Positions 1 to 9,790 of a stretch of 32,000 nt of DNA are shown one piece after another. The translations under genes were made by a program, and so were the position numbers. Position 1 is the stretch's first letter. Every line of letters starts with the position of its first letter. The stretch spans positions 9,994 through 41,993 of the forward strand of contig NJBF01000007.1 of assembly GCA_003144275.1 (NCBI GenBank). The letters are read 5' to 3'. The notes below the pieces were generated by a model, which was given only the letters and a program-made list of their open reading frames with translations, made no database searches and was not told the DNA's origin. Source of the stretch: Candidatus Heimdallarchaeota archaeon B3_Heim (lineage in GTDB: Archaea; Asgardarchaeota; Heimdallarchaeia; Hodarchaeales; Hodarchaeaceae).

Positions 1-1655
1 TCCAAGAACGTCTTATCTGGAATAAATTGGAGATTGGCAAGAATTTACTTGAATTAACTACTTATGAGGGGATTTCCTTCTGGTGGAATATCGACCATCT
101 TTTCTATCACTTCTTATTATCCACCCTAGAGAGTAATGGAAAAGTCCCTAGTGTAACTAGAAGGAATTTCCTTACCGTTAGACTATTTGGAACGAGAATA
201 GGATTATTAATTTTCTTAATACTTGATATCCTTTTATTTTTGTTCGGTAAACTAATCATTTTAATTGCTAAGGTAAGTAAAAACGAAAAAAAATTAGACT
301 ATAGAAAAAAACCTATTTTCCTTGTTATTAGCTATGATGCAGCTTGGGTTGCAACACCTAGTTATTTATCTGGATTAATAAGAAAGTCAGATCATCTTAA
401 AGACTCTGTGATGGAGACACTTCAGCACAAAGCAGATTTTTTGGGAACTTCATCATTTCGATACCGCAAAGCAAGCTTTAAAATTGCACTAGAACGATCC
501 CTTTTCTGGAATCATTCTTATAACTTACTGAACGTATACTGGTCACCAAAGAGCTGGTTAAAACAGGTTTATGCTTTTAACTTCTTTAAAAGAAAATTGA
601 AAATGATAAAAAATGATTCTAAATTTCGTAAACAATGTCAACAAAATAATAACGATTTCTACGACATTCTTATTCAGGAATTTGATTATTATTTTTGTTT
701 CTTATTACCACTTTGCGTCAGCTGGGTAGAGACATTCACATCTCTAATTGACAAAATAAAACCCTCTCTTGCACTTATCTCAAATGAAACTGGACATTCG
801 GAAAAGAGTCTGATTATTGCTTCAAAAAAACATAAGGTTCCTGTATTAGCAATGCAACATGGGGTTATTGACCCCACAAATCGTGGATATATTTTTTCTA
901 AAAAGGATATTAGTAAAAGTGGATCAATTCACTCACCATATAATCCAATTACTGATAGAACCGCAGTATTTGGTACTAAGTACAAGAATTTCATTGATAA
1001 AAACAGTAATTTCCCTGAAGGCAGTGTGGTAGTAACTGGCAACCCAAAATTTGATAAATTATTTCAAATGGTTAACAAATTTAAAAATCGGGGCCATATT
1101 CGACGTTGGTTGAACATTCCAGAGGATAAACCCATTCTGCTCTGGACCACACAAACGCATTGGCTTTCTACCGAAGAAAACCGTAAGAACGTTGATGCAG
1201 TCTATTCTGCTCTGGAAGAATTGAATGATGACATTACACTAATTGTGAAACTTCATCCTAATGAGGACCAAAGAGCTCCTTTTTATCAAGAAGATTCTCG
1301 CATTAAACCTATCTATCTGGGAAAAGAAGTTGATATCCTCCAACTGATTTACGTTTCAAATATTATATTAACGAAACACTCAATGACGGCAACCGAAGCT
1401 GTTGCACTTGACAAACCTGTTATAATTTTAAATCTCAGTGGAAATCCAGATATTATTGACTGCGTTGATGAAGGAGTAGCTGTTGGAGTTTATAAGAAAG
1501 ATGATCTAAAACAAGCTATCCTTTCACTACTAGTTGATGATTCTAGAATCGCTAAAAATCGGTCTCGATATGTGGAAGCTGAATACTATTTAATTGACGG
1601 AAAATCTTCAGAAAGAATGGCCCGTCTGATGGAATCAATGATCAAAAAAAATTAA
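1..1655 (+). CDS. GT-B fold, capsule/CDP-glycerol-glycerophosphotransferase-like surface glycan transferase (5'-truncated by window edge)
   Basis: ORF; reading frame stays open upstream of the called TTG at 27 (..QERLIWNK-LEIGKN..). Motifs: PVLAMQHGVIDPTNRGYIF, VVTGNPKFDKL, LIVKLHPNED, LTKHSMTATEAVALDKPVIIL. Confidence 0.75.
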   Translation, partial: QERLIWNKLEIGKNLLELTTYEGISFWWNIDHLFYHFLLSTLESNGKVPSVTRRNFLTVRLFGTRIGLLIFLILDILLFLFGKLIILIAKVSKNEKKLDYRKKPIFLVISYDAAWVATPSYLSGLIRKSDHLKDSVMETLQHKADFLGTSSFRYRKASFKIALERSLFWNHSYNLLNVYWSPKSWLKQVYAFNFFKRKLKMIKNDSKFRKQCQQNNNDFYDILIQEFDYYFCFLLPLCVSWVETFTSLIDKIKPSLALISNETGHSEKSLIIASKKHKVPVLAMQHGVIDPTNRGYIFSKKDISKSGSIHSPYNPITDRTAVFGTKYKNFIDKNSNFPEGSVVVTGNPKFDKLFQMVNKFKNRGHIRRWLNIPEDKPILLWTTQTHWLSTEENRKNVDAVYSALEELNDDITLIVKLHPNEDQRAPFYQEDSRIKPIYLGKEVDILQLIYVSNIILTKHSMTATEAVALDKPVIILNLSGNPDIIDCVDEGVAVGVYKKDDLKQAILSLLVDDSRIAKNRSRYVEAEYYLIDGKSSERMARLMESMIKKN

Positions 1656-1670
1656 GAAAAATAGCTGATA

Positions 1671-2861
1671 GTGAATTCAATGGGAAATAATTCAATTATC
1701 TTCTTGGCGACATATGCTTACTTAGCAATTCCTCAGTACCTCTCAATAACTCCTAACCTAACAAATTACACAAAAATATTGTTTAACACAAGAGATCTAC
1801 TCTCTACGAAATACGACAGCAAATTTATTACCCAAGACATTAAAAAGAATTATTTTGATGATTTTTTTGAACTAAAAGATTTTTCTTTCAATGTAAAAGG
1901 TCCATGGAAAAAGTATCAAGCTTTCAGAAGATGGAAACGAGCAATAATCTTATATATGAACCAGATTTTCCCCCAAGTCGTTGTTAGCTGTTCAGATCAG
2001 TCAATGACTGATAAAATTATCAGTTCTTGGTGTAAAAAGAATAAAAAAGCATTCATTGTCTTGCAACCCTCGTTTATTAGTGGGATGCATTATAAAAAAT
2101 ATGGAATCAGTCACAAAATTAGGTATCTCATTTTTAATAAACTTTTAAATCTGCCTAGGTATCGTAAACAGCATTTATTTGGTAATGAAGAACATTGGAC
2201 TCACTTACTTCTTTGGAGTCAGTATTTTATTGAAGATCCTAAAAGACCGAACATGTATTTCGTTGGCAATCCTGCTTTTGATGTGCTTTTTAGTCAATTT
2301 ACTAGCAAACGAACACTGAAAAACAATGTTTTAATATGTACACAAAATATTAAGGCAATGGTGGGAAAAGAAGCGTTTGATCAAGTTATCGATATGTACA
2401 TTCAAGCAATTAATGCAAAACCTGATCTTACATTCTACATCAAAGTCCATCCAAGAGAATCAATTGAGAAGTATGAATTATTATTCCCCAAAGACCATTT
2501 TCCAAATGCTAAAGTGGTTCAAGAGGATAACTTGTATGATCTCTTCAGAATTAGTGATGTTCAGATATCAGTATCTTCTTATACTTCCTTTGAAGCAGTA
2601 GCAACGGGATTACCAATTATTATTGTGAATCCTAATAATATGTTCGATTTTATTGATCATTTTAGGCAAGAAATAGAGATAAAGGTTACAGATCTGGAGA
2701 AAATCGCAAAGGCTATTGATTTAGCTAGGTCTGAACATTATTGGATGGAGTTTGTCAAAAAGAGGGAAAAATATTTTGACTATATGGTCCATTCCACTGA
2801 TGGAAAGAGCGGAAAGCGAGCTGCAGAGAAAATGGAAGAGATTATCAATTTTAGTGGATAA
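1671..2861 (+). CDS. Second GT-B/CDP-glycerol-transferase-like surface glycan transferase
   Basis: ORF; FVGNPAFDVLFSQF, FYIKVHPRESIEKYE, VSSYTSFEAVATGLPIIIVNPNN; same architecture as upstream ORF. Start GTG 1671 or ATG 1680. Confidence 0.7.
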   Translation: MNSMGNNSIIFLATYAYLAIPQYLSITPNLTNYTKILFNTRDLLSTKYDSKFITQDIKKNYFDDFFELKDFSFNVKGPWKKYQAFRRWKRAIILYMNQIFPQVVVSCSDQSMTDKIISSWCKKNKKAFIVLQPSFISGMHYKKYGISHKIRYLIFNKLLNLPRYRKQHLFGNEEHWTHLLLWSQYFIEDPKRPNMYFVGNPAFDVLFSQFTSKRTLKNNVLICTQNIKAMVGKEAFDQVIDMYIQAINAKPDLTFYIKVHPRESIEKYELLFPKDHFPNAKVVQEDNLYDLFRISDVQISVSSYTSFEAVATGLPIIIVNPNNMFDFIDHFRQEIEIKVTDLEKIAKAIDLARSEHYWMEFVKKREKYFDYMVHSTDGKSGKRAAEKMEEIINFSG

Positions 2862-2916
2862 TGTGTCAATTATAAAATATGTTATCTGTTAAACAAACAA
2901 TTATGGACGTTAAAAA

Positions 2917-3669
2917 ATGAAAACAGGATTTCTAATAACTGCACGAATGAAATCAACTAGACTACCCAAGAAATTGACCCTAAAAATCAATGATCGTGAA
3001 ATAATTGCCTGGTTGATTGATAGATTGAAACAATGCCAGAACTTGAACGAAATTGTAATAACCACCTCTTCAAATCCACAAGATAAAATACTCTGTCAGA
3101 TAGCAAAACGGGAGAATGTTAAATGTTTTGAAGGGAGTGAAATTGATGTTCTTGAACGATTATACATGGCTGCAAAAAAATATGAATTAGATTATATTAT
3201 TAATATTACTGGTGATTGTCCTTTAGTTTCTTTCGATTTTATTGACCAAATTCTAGCAGCATATGAAAAAACCAATGCTGATCTAATTACGACGTTTAAA
3301 TTACCCCATGGCTTCTATATTTATGGGATAAAGATCTCTGCATTAGAAAAAGTGTTAGAAATTAAAAATGAGGTTGATACTGAAATTTGGGGAGCATATT
3401 TCACCGAAACAGGACTATTCAATGTTGTAGATTTAGATATTCCTTCTGATTTGCACCGGAAAGACTATCGCTTAACCCTTGATTATCCAGAGGATTTTGA
3501 TTTCTTCAAAGCTATTTTTGCGGGGCTTGGAAGAGACACATTTAAGAAATCGACAAAAGAGATTATCGAATTCCTAGATACTCATCCTGAAATTGTACAT
3601 CTCAACTCGCATTGCGAAGAGCTTTATCAAAAACGATATGATCAGCAAAGGAAATTAGAGCTAAAATGA
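2917..3669 (+). CDS. Cytidylyltransferase family protein (SpsF / acylneuraminate cytidylyltransferase-like)
   Basis: N-terminal ITARMKSTRLPKKLTLKINDREIIAWLIDRL and ITGDCPLVS motifs typical of NeuA/KdsB/SpsF-type nucleotidyltransferases. Confidence 0.85.
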   Translation: MKTGFLITARMKSTRLPKKLTLKINDREIIAWLIDRLKQCQNLNEIVITTSSNPQDKILCQIAKRENVKCFEGSEIDVLERLYMAAKKYELDYIINITGDCPLVSFDFIDQILAAYEKTNADLITTFKLPHGFYIYGIKISALEKVLEIKNEVDTEIWGAYFTETGLFNVVDLDIPSDLHRKDYRLTLDYPEDFDFFKAIFAGLGRDTFKKSTKEIIEFLDTHPEIVHLNSHCEELYQKRYDQQRKLELK

Positions 3670-4649
3670 AGATTGGAATCATAGGTTTAGGATCAATTGG
3701 TCGACGACATGCACGATGCCTTCACAAAATTGGAGTTACCGACATTGTTGCCTTAAGAACAGGGAAGGGTACGAAAAAGGAACTATCTGAAGACCTAAAA
3801 AACATTAAAGAAGTTTTTGATAGAGAGGATTTCTATTCTTTGAACCTAGATGGACTTATTATTTCAAATCCCACATCATTTCATGTAGAGTCTATGAAAA
3901 CTGCTTTAGAATATGAAATCCCAATTTTGATTGAAAAACCGATAGCCTCATCCCTAGAATCGATTGAAAAATTAAAAATTCATGATTTATCTAAAATTTT
4001 GGTAGGTTACTGTCTTCGATATGATGAAATAATAAATGTGGTAAAAGAGTTCATTGATTCCAACAGATTGGGGAGAATTTTCAAAGCTCACCTTTTTTGT
4101 GGACAGTATCTACCTTTATGGCACCCATATGCTGAATATAGAACAGAATATTATTCCCGTAAGGATTTAGGGGGTGGAGCCCTTCGTACGCTTTCTCACG
4201 AGATTGACCTGATGCATTATTTTTTTGGTAATGTTGACGAACTCTTTGCTAGCGTAGAGAAACTTTCTAACTTAGAAATCGATGTAGATGATAATGTTCA
4301 CATTTTTTGCAGGATGAAAGGGGGTTCAAGGATTCATGTTGAATTAGATTACCTAAACCCGACATATCAGAGAACAGGAAGAATTCTAGGCGAGGTAGGA
4401 GAATTAACATATTCCTTTTCAAATAAGAAGGTATCTTTTACTGATTTTAAAGGTAAAACAGAAATAGTCTACGAAAATCTTGTGTTAGATCCAAATGGAA
4501 TGTATCTCAACCAAATTAAAGACTTTATCAATTTAATTAAAGACCAAGTCAGAGTTCGTTGCACATTTAATGATGGGGTAGAAGTGATGAAAATTATTAA
4601 AACTTCCGAAGATTCATCGCGATTGAAATCGTGGCAAAAAATTGAGTAG
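3666..4649 (+). CDS. Gfo/Idh/MocA family oxidoreductase (PtmF-like in context)
   Basis: MKIGIIGLGSIGRRHARCL Rossmann motif, PILIEKPIASS, GGGALRTLSHEIDLMHYFFG. ATGA 4-nt overlap with upstream CDS. Confidence 0.9.
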   Translation: MKIGIIGLGSIGRRHARCLHKIGVTDIVALRTGKGTKKELSEDLKNIKEVFDREDFYSLNLDGLIISNPTSFHVESMKTALEYEIPILIEKPIASSLESIEKLKIHDLSKILVGYCLRYDEIINVVKEFIDSNRLGRIFKAHLFCGQYLPLWHPYAEYRTEYYSRKDLGGGALRTLSHEIDLMHYFFGNVDELFASVEKLSNLEIDVDDNVHIFCRMKGGSRIHVELDYLNPTYQRTGRILGEVGELTYSFSNKKVSFTDFKGKTEIVYENLVLDPNGMYLNQIKDFINLIKDQVRVRCTFNDGVEVMKIIKTSEDSSRLKSWQKIE

Positions 4650-4657
4650 GGTTAATT

Positions 4658-5485
4658 ATGAGAGATCTGTTTAATTTAGATTCAAAAGTCGCAGTAGTAA
4701 TTGGTGGTAATGGGTATTTAGGAATTGAATTTTGTAAAACTTTATTAGAATATGGAGCAGTGGTCTATTGCTGTGATGCAAGTATTCAAGAATCAGAAGA
4801 AACAAACGCAATTAAGAAGAAATTTCCTGATAAATTTAAGATGATAAAAACTGATGCGACTAATAAAGAAAGTCTTGAAACCCTGAGAAATGATATATTA
4901 GGAACAGAAAAAACGGTTGATATCCTGGTCAACACAGCAACAATGAAAGGTAATGATTTCTACTTACCTTTCGAAGAAGTCTCACTGGAAGGATGGAATA
5001 TTGGTATTTTGGGAAATCTAACCATACCATTTCTAACAATACAAACATTCATTCCTTTGATGAAAACACAGAGAAAAGGCTCTATTATTAACATTTCCTC
5101 GCACTATGGAATAGTTGGAAATGATCAACGGATCTATGTTGGTAGCAATTTACACGAACTCTATGTGAAGGACTCCCCTAACATTGAACAAGTATACTCA
5201 CATGGAGTTTATAATGCTTCAAAAGGTGGGATTATTAACTTCACCCGATATCTAGCCGCTTATTATGGTGAGTACAACATTCGAGTGAATTGTATCTCAC
5301 CAGGAGGAATTCATTATGAGGATGAGAATGAGACTTTTGTACAAAAGTATTCAGAGAAAGTCCCACTTGCAAGAAAAGCCAGGAAAGCCGAAATCAATGG
5401 AGCGCTGATCTTTCTAGCATCTAATGCATCTTCATATGTTACTGGTCATAATCTTGTTGTAGATGGGGGATTTACAATCTGGTGA
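4658..5485 (+). CDS. SDR family oxidoreductase (PtmA-like in context)
   Basis: VAVVIGGNGYLGIEFCKTL, YNASKGGIINFTRYLA (YxxxK), NCISPGGI, ASSYVTGHNLVVDGGFT. Confidence 0.92.
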   Translation: MRDLFNLDSKVAVVIGGNGYLGIEFCKTLLEYGAVVYCCDASIQESEETNAIKKKFPDKFKMIKTDATNKESLETLRNDILGTEKTVDILVNTATMKGNDFYLPFEEVSLEGWNIGILGNLTIPFLTIQTFIPLMKTQRKGSIINISSHYGIVGNDQRIYVGSNLHELYVKDSPNIEQVYSHGVYNASKGGIINFTRYLAAYYGEYNIRVNCISPGGIHYEDENETFVQKYSEKVPLARKARKAEINGALIFLASNASSYVTGHNLVVDGGFTIW

Positions 5486-5652
5486 TAATCTTCTTAGCCA
5501 GAAATTACAGAAGTAAAAATGCTGGGCTATATCACATTTCAAACTGAATTAACTATTCAATCTTCTTCTCAAAATCACAACACATCAATTATAATATAGT
5601 TTAGATAATTTGAAATCATTGAATTTACCCTCTGGAACATGGAAGAAAAAAC

Positions 5653-6762
5653 ATGAGATATTGTAAAAAATGCGTAATGCCTGACACAAGGCCTTACATG
5701 AAATTTAATGAAGAAGGGGTTTGTTATCCCTGTATCCATTATGAAAACAGGAAAAATGTTGATTGGGACGCAAGATGGAAAGAGTTAGAAGCTCTTGCTG
5801 ACAAACATCGCGGTCGGAATGGGAACTATTACGATGTTATTATAACTGCCAGTGGTGGTAAAGATAGTCATTACCAAGTAGATGTATTTAAAGAAAAATT
5901 GAACATGAATCCTTTGTTGGTGTCTATTGATAACTTTAGCTGGACCAAAACTGGTCGAGAAAACTACGAGAATTTGGGGGATAGATACGGTGTGGATATT
6001 CACCTGATTACCTTAAATCGTAAGGTTGCCAGAAGAATGCTCAGTAAGGGTCTTGATAAAGGTCTTTATCCAACATGGATATGGGATAGAGCAGTCTATG
6101 CTTATCCCTTACAAATGGCCATTAAATTAAACATTCCCCTAGTTATTTGGGGTGAAAATACAGCCTATGAACGCGGAGGCCCTATACTTGAGGACACTCC
6201 TGATGCAATGGTTCAATTGAAGAATGATGTTGTTAAACCGATTCCATTAGAAGAATGGGTAGATGAGGAAATTACCTTGAAAGATTTAAATCCCATTATC
6301 TATCCATCAATGGAGGAAATTGAAAAAGCGGGAGTTGAAGCTAGATTTTTGAGTTATTATGATCCTTGGAGTGACCATGGACATTACGAATACGCCATCA
6401 AGAACGGTTGGAAGACATTGGAGGAAGAATGGGTACGAGAGGGGCTTCCAGGCTTGCATTACTTACAAGTTGATACCATTGGATATCTTGTCCATAATTG
6501 GGTTAAATTCGTGAAAATGGGTCATTGGGCTTTGACAGATTACTGTAGTTTAGATATTCGTGAAGGAAGAATGACCCGGGAAGAAGCCGTGAAGCTAATC
6601 AATCAGGAAGAGTATAAATTGGACCCAAAAATGCTCAAGGATTTTCTAGATTTTACAGGTGTTTCTGAAGAAAGATTTTGGGCTCTTGTTGATAAATTTG
6701 CCAATAAAGATATTGTTGAGAAGCGCAACGGTATATGGAGATTAAAACAACCTCTGATGTAG
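5653..6762 (+). CDS. N-acetyl sugar amidotransferase (WbuX/WbpG/PseA family)
   Basis: MRYCKKCVMPDTRPYMKFNEEGVCYPC, ASGGKDSHYQV PP-loop, WGENTAYERGGP. Confidence 0.92.
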   Translation: MRYCKKCVMPDTRPYMKFNEEGVCYPCIHYENRKNVDWDARWKELEALADKHRGRNGNYYDVIITASGGKDSHYQVDVFKEKLNMNPLLVSIDNFSWTKTGRENYENLGDRYGVDIHLITLNRKVARRMLSKGLDKGLYPTWIWDRAVYAYPLQMAIKLNIPLVIWGENTAYERGGPILEDTPDAMVQLKNDVVKPIPLEEWVDEEITLKDLNPIIYPSMEEIEKAGVEARFLSYYDPWSDHGHYEYAIKNGWKTLEEEWVREGLPGLHYLQVDTIGYLVHNWVKFVKMGHWALTDYCSLDIREGRMTREEAVKLINQEEYKLDPKMLKDFLDFTGVSEERFWALVDKFANKDIVEKRNGIWRLKQPLM

Positions 6763-6821
6763 GTTTACTTCCCTCTCCCTTATTTTTCTCTCTTTCTAAT
6801 ATTTCAGTAAAGACTATTTTC

Positions 6822-7907
6822 TTATTTGAATTCCAGTTGTATTCCCAAGAGATCTTGAATTACTTCTTGAATTAACACCTTTATTTGTTCTTTAGTCAAG
6901 ATTGAAGCATTTTCTGATGAGTATAACGCTTCATTATTTTTTGGTTCTATCTTGACTGCTAGATTATCATAATAATTTATCAGATTTTCAACTAATTCAG
7001 GATGATAAAAGGGATTATTGGGAACTAAAATGAAGATCTTGTCCTTTTTGTAGATGTTTGAAGTTTGCGTTTCATAATCGCTTAATAATTCCTCGTATTT
7101 CTTTTCTCCAATGCGATCTCCAATAGTCTTGATCTGTATTTCTTTTGGCTCGAGTTTAAAATATGGAGCTACAACTTCAATCATAGCTTCAACTAGGTCG
7201 CCTGTATAGATCGCTGGCATTTCTAGAATGAAAATCTCTCCACCTTTCGCAAATGTTGCTGTGTTTAAAACCAGACTGACGGCCTCTTCCATTTTCATAA
7301 TGAATCGAGTCATTTTGGGATCAGTAACTGTAACTGGTTCTCCTTTTTGTATCTGCTTGAAAAAAATTGGGATAACCGAACCTCGTGAACCTAGCACATT
7401 CCCAAATCGAACGGCAGAAAAGGAAATGTCTTTTAAACCAACATATAAATTGGCTGCAATGGTTAGCCTTTCCGCGAGTAGTTTAGTAGCACCCATAACA
7501 TTTGTAGGGTTAATAGCTTTATCTGTACTAATAGTAATGAATTTCTTCACATTATTGGTCAGTGAAGCTTGGATTAGATTTTGTGTACCTACTATATTTG
7601 TTTTTATTGCCTCAAATGGGTTATACTCGCATAAAGGAACATGTTTCAATGCACCAGCATGGAAAACTATATCTACATTTTCTAAAGCAAATTTCACTCT
7701 TTTCGAATCACGAATATCTCCAATAAGTACTCTTAATCTTTCTGATTCAATCAGCTGGTCTAAATAGAACAAACCAGTTTCATCTATATCTAAAGCTCTA
7801 ACTACTTCTGCTTCTAGGTTAATAAGCTGCCTTACGAGTTCTTTTCCAATCGATCCTGCAGCTCCAGTTACTAAAACGGTTTTATCTTTAAAGTAATCAG
7901 TATCCAC
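6822..7907 (-). CDS. Polysaccharide biosynthesis SDR, UDP-N-acetylhexosamine 4,6-dehydratase-like (CapD/PseB/LegB type)
   Basis: VLVTGAAGSIGKELVRQL, HAGALKHVPLCEYNPFEAIKTNIVGTQN, FITISTDKAINPTNVMGATKLLAER, SAVRFGNVLGSRGSVIPIFFKQI. Confidence 0.93.
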   Translation of the reverse strand: MDTDYFKDKTVLVTGAAGSIGKELVRQLINLEAEVVRALDIDETGLFYLDQLIESERLRVLIGDIRDSKRVKFALENVDIVFHAGALKHVPLCEYNPFEAIKTNIVGTQNLIQASLTNNVKKFITISTDKAINPTNVMGATKLLAERLTIAANLYVGLKDISFSAVRFGNVLGSRGSVIPIFFKQIQKGEPVTVTDPKMTRFIMKMEEAVSLVLNTATFAKGGEIFILEMPAIYTGDLVEAMIEVVAPYFKLEPKEIQIKTIGDRIGEKKYEELLSDYETQTSNIYKKDKIFILVPNNPFYHPELVENLINYYDNLAVKIEPKNNEALYSSENASILTKEQIKVLIQEVIQDLLGIQLEFK

Positions 7908-7918
7908 TTGTCTTCACC

Positions 7919-9052
7919 TTATTTTTTTGATTCAAAAAATTCATAGATTTTCTTAATGACATATTCTTGTTCTTCTTGAGTCATCGTTGGATAAATCGGT
8001 ATGCTCAGTATTTCCTGAGAAATATTCTCGGTTACGGGTAGATGTATGCTATACTTCATTTGTTCTTTGTAGAAGTAAGTGAGGTGGATAGGAAAGAAAT
8101 ATACTTTAGAAGAAATTCCATTTCGCTTAAGAAAATCTACAAGTTCATCTCGAAAACCATGTTTAATTCTGATGGAAAACAGTTGAAACACATGCCTTCC
8201 ATCTGGAGGTGTAAAAGGGAGTATAAGTCCGTCTATCCCTTTTAATTTTTTAATGTAGTTATTTGCAACCCTTAAACGTTTTTTAATAATTGTTTCTACC
8301 TTTTCTATCTGTGAAACTCCTAAGGATGCATTAATATTAGATAAACGTAAATTATACCCAAGTTTCACATAATTACTAGAAAAAGCGTCTGTAAAATAAC
8401 CTTTGTCATCTTTTCTCCCATGGGATCGTATAAGCAATAATTTTTCATAGATTTCTTTGGAATCGGTGACAATAGCTCCACCTTCTCCAGTCGAGATTAC
8501 TTTGTTTTGACAAAAACTCAGCATTCCACTATGACCAAAAGATCCTGTCATTTGGTCTCCTAGCTTTGCCCCAAAAGATTCTGCAGCATCTTCAATGAGT
8601 ATTAGATTATGATCAGTAGCAATTTCTTTTAAGGCACGAATTTGAGCAGGGCAACCTCCATAATGGACTGGCATAATTAATTTTGTTTTTGAAGAAATCT
8701 TTTCTTTTACATCTTCAGGAGCTAACCCCAATGTTTTTTCTTCGATATCAGCAAATATAGGTTTTCCCTGCACGAATAATGGTGCATTAGCAGTAGCAAT
8801 AAACGTCAAAGAAGGTACTATTACCTCATCATTTTTTCGAACATCATAAGCAACCATAATGGCATGCAATGCGGACGTTCCTGAATTAAAGACAGCACAA
8901 TAACGAGTTCCGATGTACTCAGCAATCTTCTGTTCAAATGTACTTACTTCTGAACCAATTGCCCAATTCATCCCAGATGTAATGACTTTTTTTATTGCCT
9001 CAACATCTTGGTCATCGGAATAGATCTTGAATAGAGGTACATTGGGTGCCAT
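7919..9052 (-). CDS. DegT/DnrJ/EryC1/StrS family PLP-dependent sugar aminotransferase (LegC/PseC-like)
   Basis: FNSGTSALHAIMVAY, LILIEDAAESFGA, GSFGHSGMLSFCQNKVISTGEGGAI. Confidence 0.94.
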   Translation of the reverse strand: MAPNVPLFKIYSDDQDVEAIKKVITSGMNWAIGSEVSTFEQKIAEYIGTRYCAVFNSGTSALHAIMVAYDVRKNDEVIVPSLTFIATANAPLFVQGKPIFADIEEKTLGLAPEDVKEKISSKTKLIMPVHYGGCPAQIRALKEIATDHNLILIEDAAESFGAKLGDQMTGSFGHSGMLSFCQNKVISTGEGGAIVTDSKEIYEKLLLIRSHGRKDDKGYFTDAFSSNYVKLGYNLRLSNINASLGVSQIEKVETIIKKRLRVANNYIKKLKGIDGLILPFTPPDGRHVFQLFSIRIKHGFRDELVDFLKRNGISSKVYFFPIHLTYFYKEQMKYSIHLPVTENISQEILSIPIYPTMTQEEQEYVIKKIYEFFESKK

Positions 9053-9114
9053 TTTCTCAATACCTACCGTAGAATTTCAATTCTGTTTCTGTTATCTATC
9101 TTTATATTTTATTG

Positions 9115-9582
9115 TTAAAATCCTTCTGTCTCTGCTTCCATATTTTCTATTTCTTCCTGAGACAAATTCCTCTTTACCTCAACTGGAACACCAAACGCGA
9201 CAACATTACTTGATACATCTTTGTTCACCAGGCTGAATGCTCCAATTATTGTATTTTCCCCTATTGTTACGCCTGGCATTACAAGAGAATGGCTCCCTAT
9301 TCTGGCGTTTCTTTTAATTTCTACTTTTCCAGATTTCCCATCGATAGTCGATTCGGAATAGATAGAACAATGAGAACCGACCTGGACAAAATCTTCGATT
9401 TCTACACCAAATTTAGCATTGATATAGGTAAAAGCGCCTAAATCTGTATATTTTCCTAATTTGAGTGTGTCTGGATATTGAACTAACCAATTCCATTGTG
9501 TTAATTGTCCATGTTGAATTTCAGGGGTCTTCCAATCTTTGAAGTTTTCTCTTTTCATTAACTTGTAACCATCCTGAATCAT
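9115..9582 (-). CDS. Left-handed beta-helix acyltransferase
   Basis: Hexapeptide repeat pattern (VEIKRNARIGSHSLVMPGVTIGENTIIGAFSLVNKDVSSNVVAFGVPVEVKR). Confidence 0.88.
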   Translation of the reverse strand: MIQDGYKLMKRENFKDWKTPEIQHGQLTQWNWLVQYPDTLKLGKYTDLGAFTYINAKFGVEIEDFVQVGSHCSIYSESTIDGKSGKVEIKRNARIGSHSLVMPGVTIGENTIIGAFSLVNKDVSSNVVAFGVPVEVKRNLSQEEIENMEAETEGF

Positions 9583-9790
9583 AAAATTCCAGAGAGACTA
9601 ATCAGTATGAACTACGGCTCATTCACAAGAATGATAGTGCAAATAACCAATCATGAGAGCCTATTTAGAACTTCGACTAATACTTTTTGTCTTGAAGAAT
9701 ATTACTTCAAATAAATATAGTTTGGTACACTTTTAACTAAATTAATGAATACGTACATGAATATGTCTTAAATGTGGAGAACTGATACTA

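Noticed and set aside
7228-7767. 179-aa plus-strand ORF
   Set aside because: Fully antisense to the well-supported 4,6-dehydratase-like gene; composition looks like a shadow ORF with no recognisable motif.
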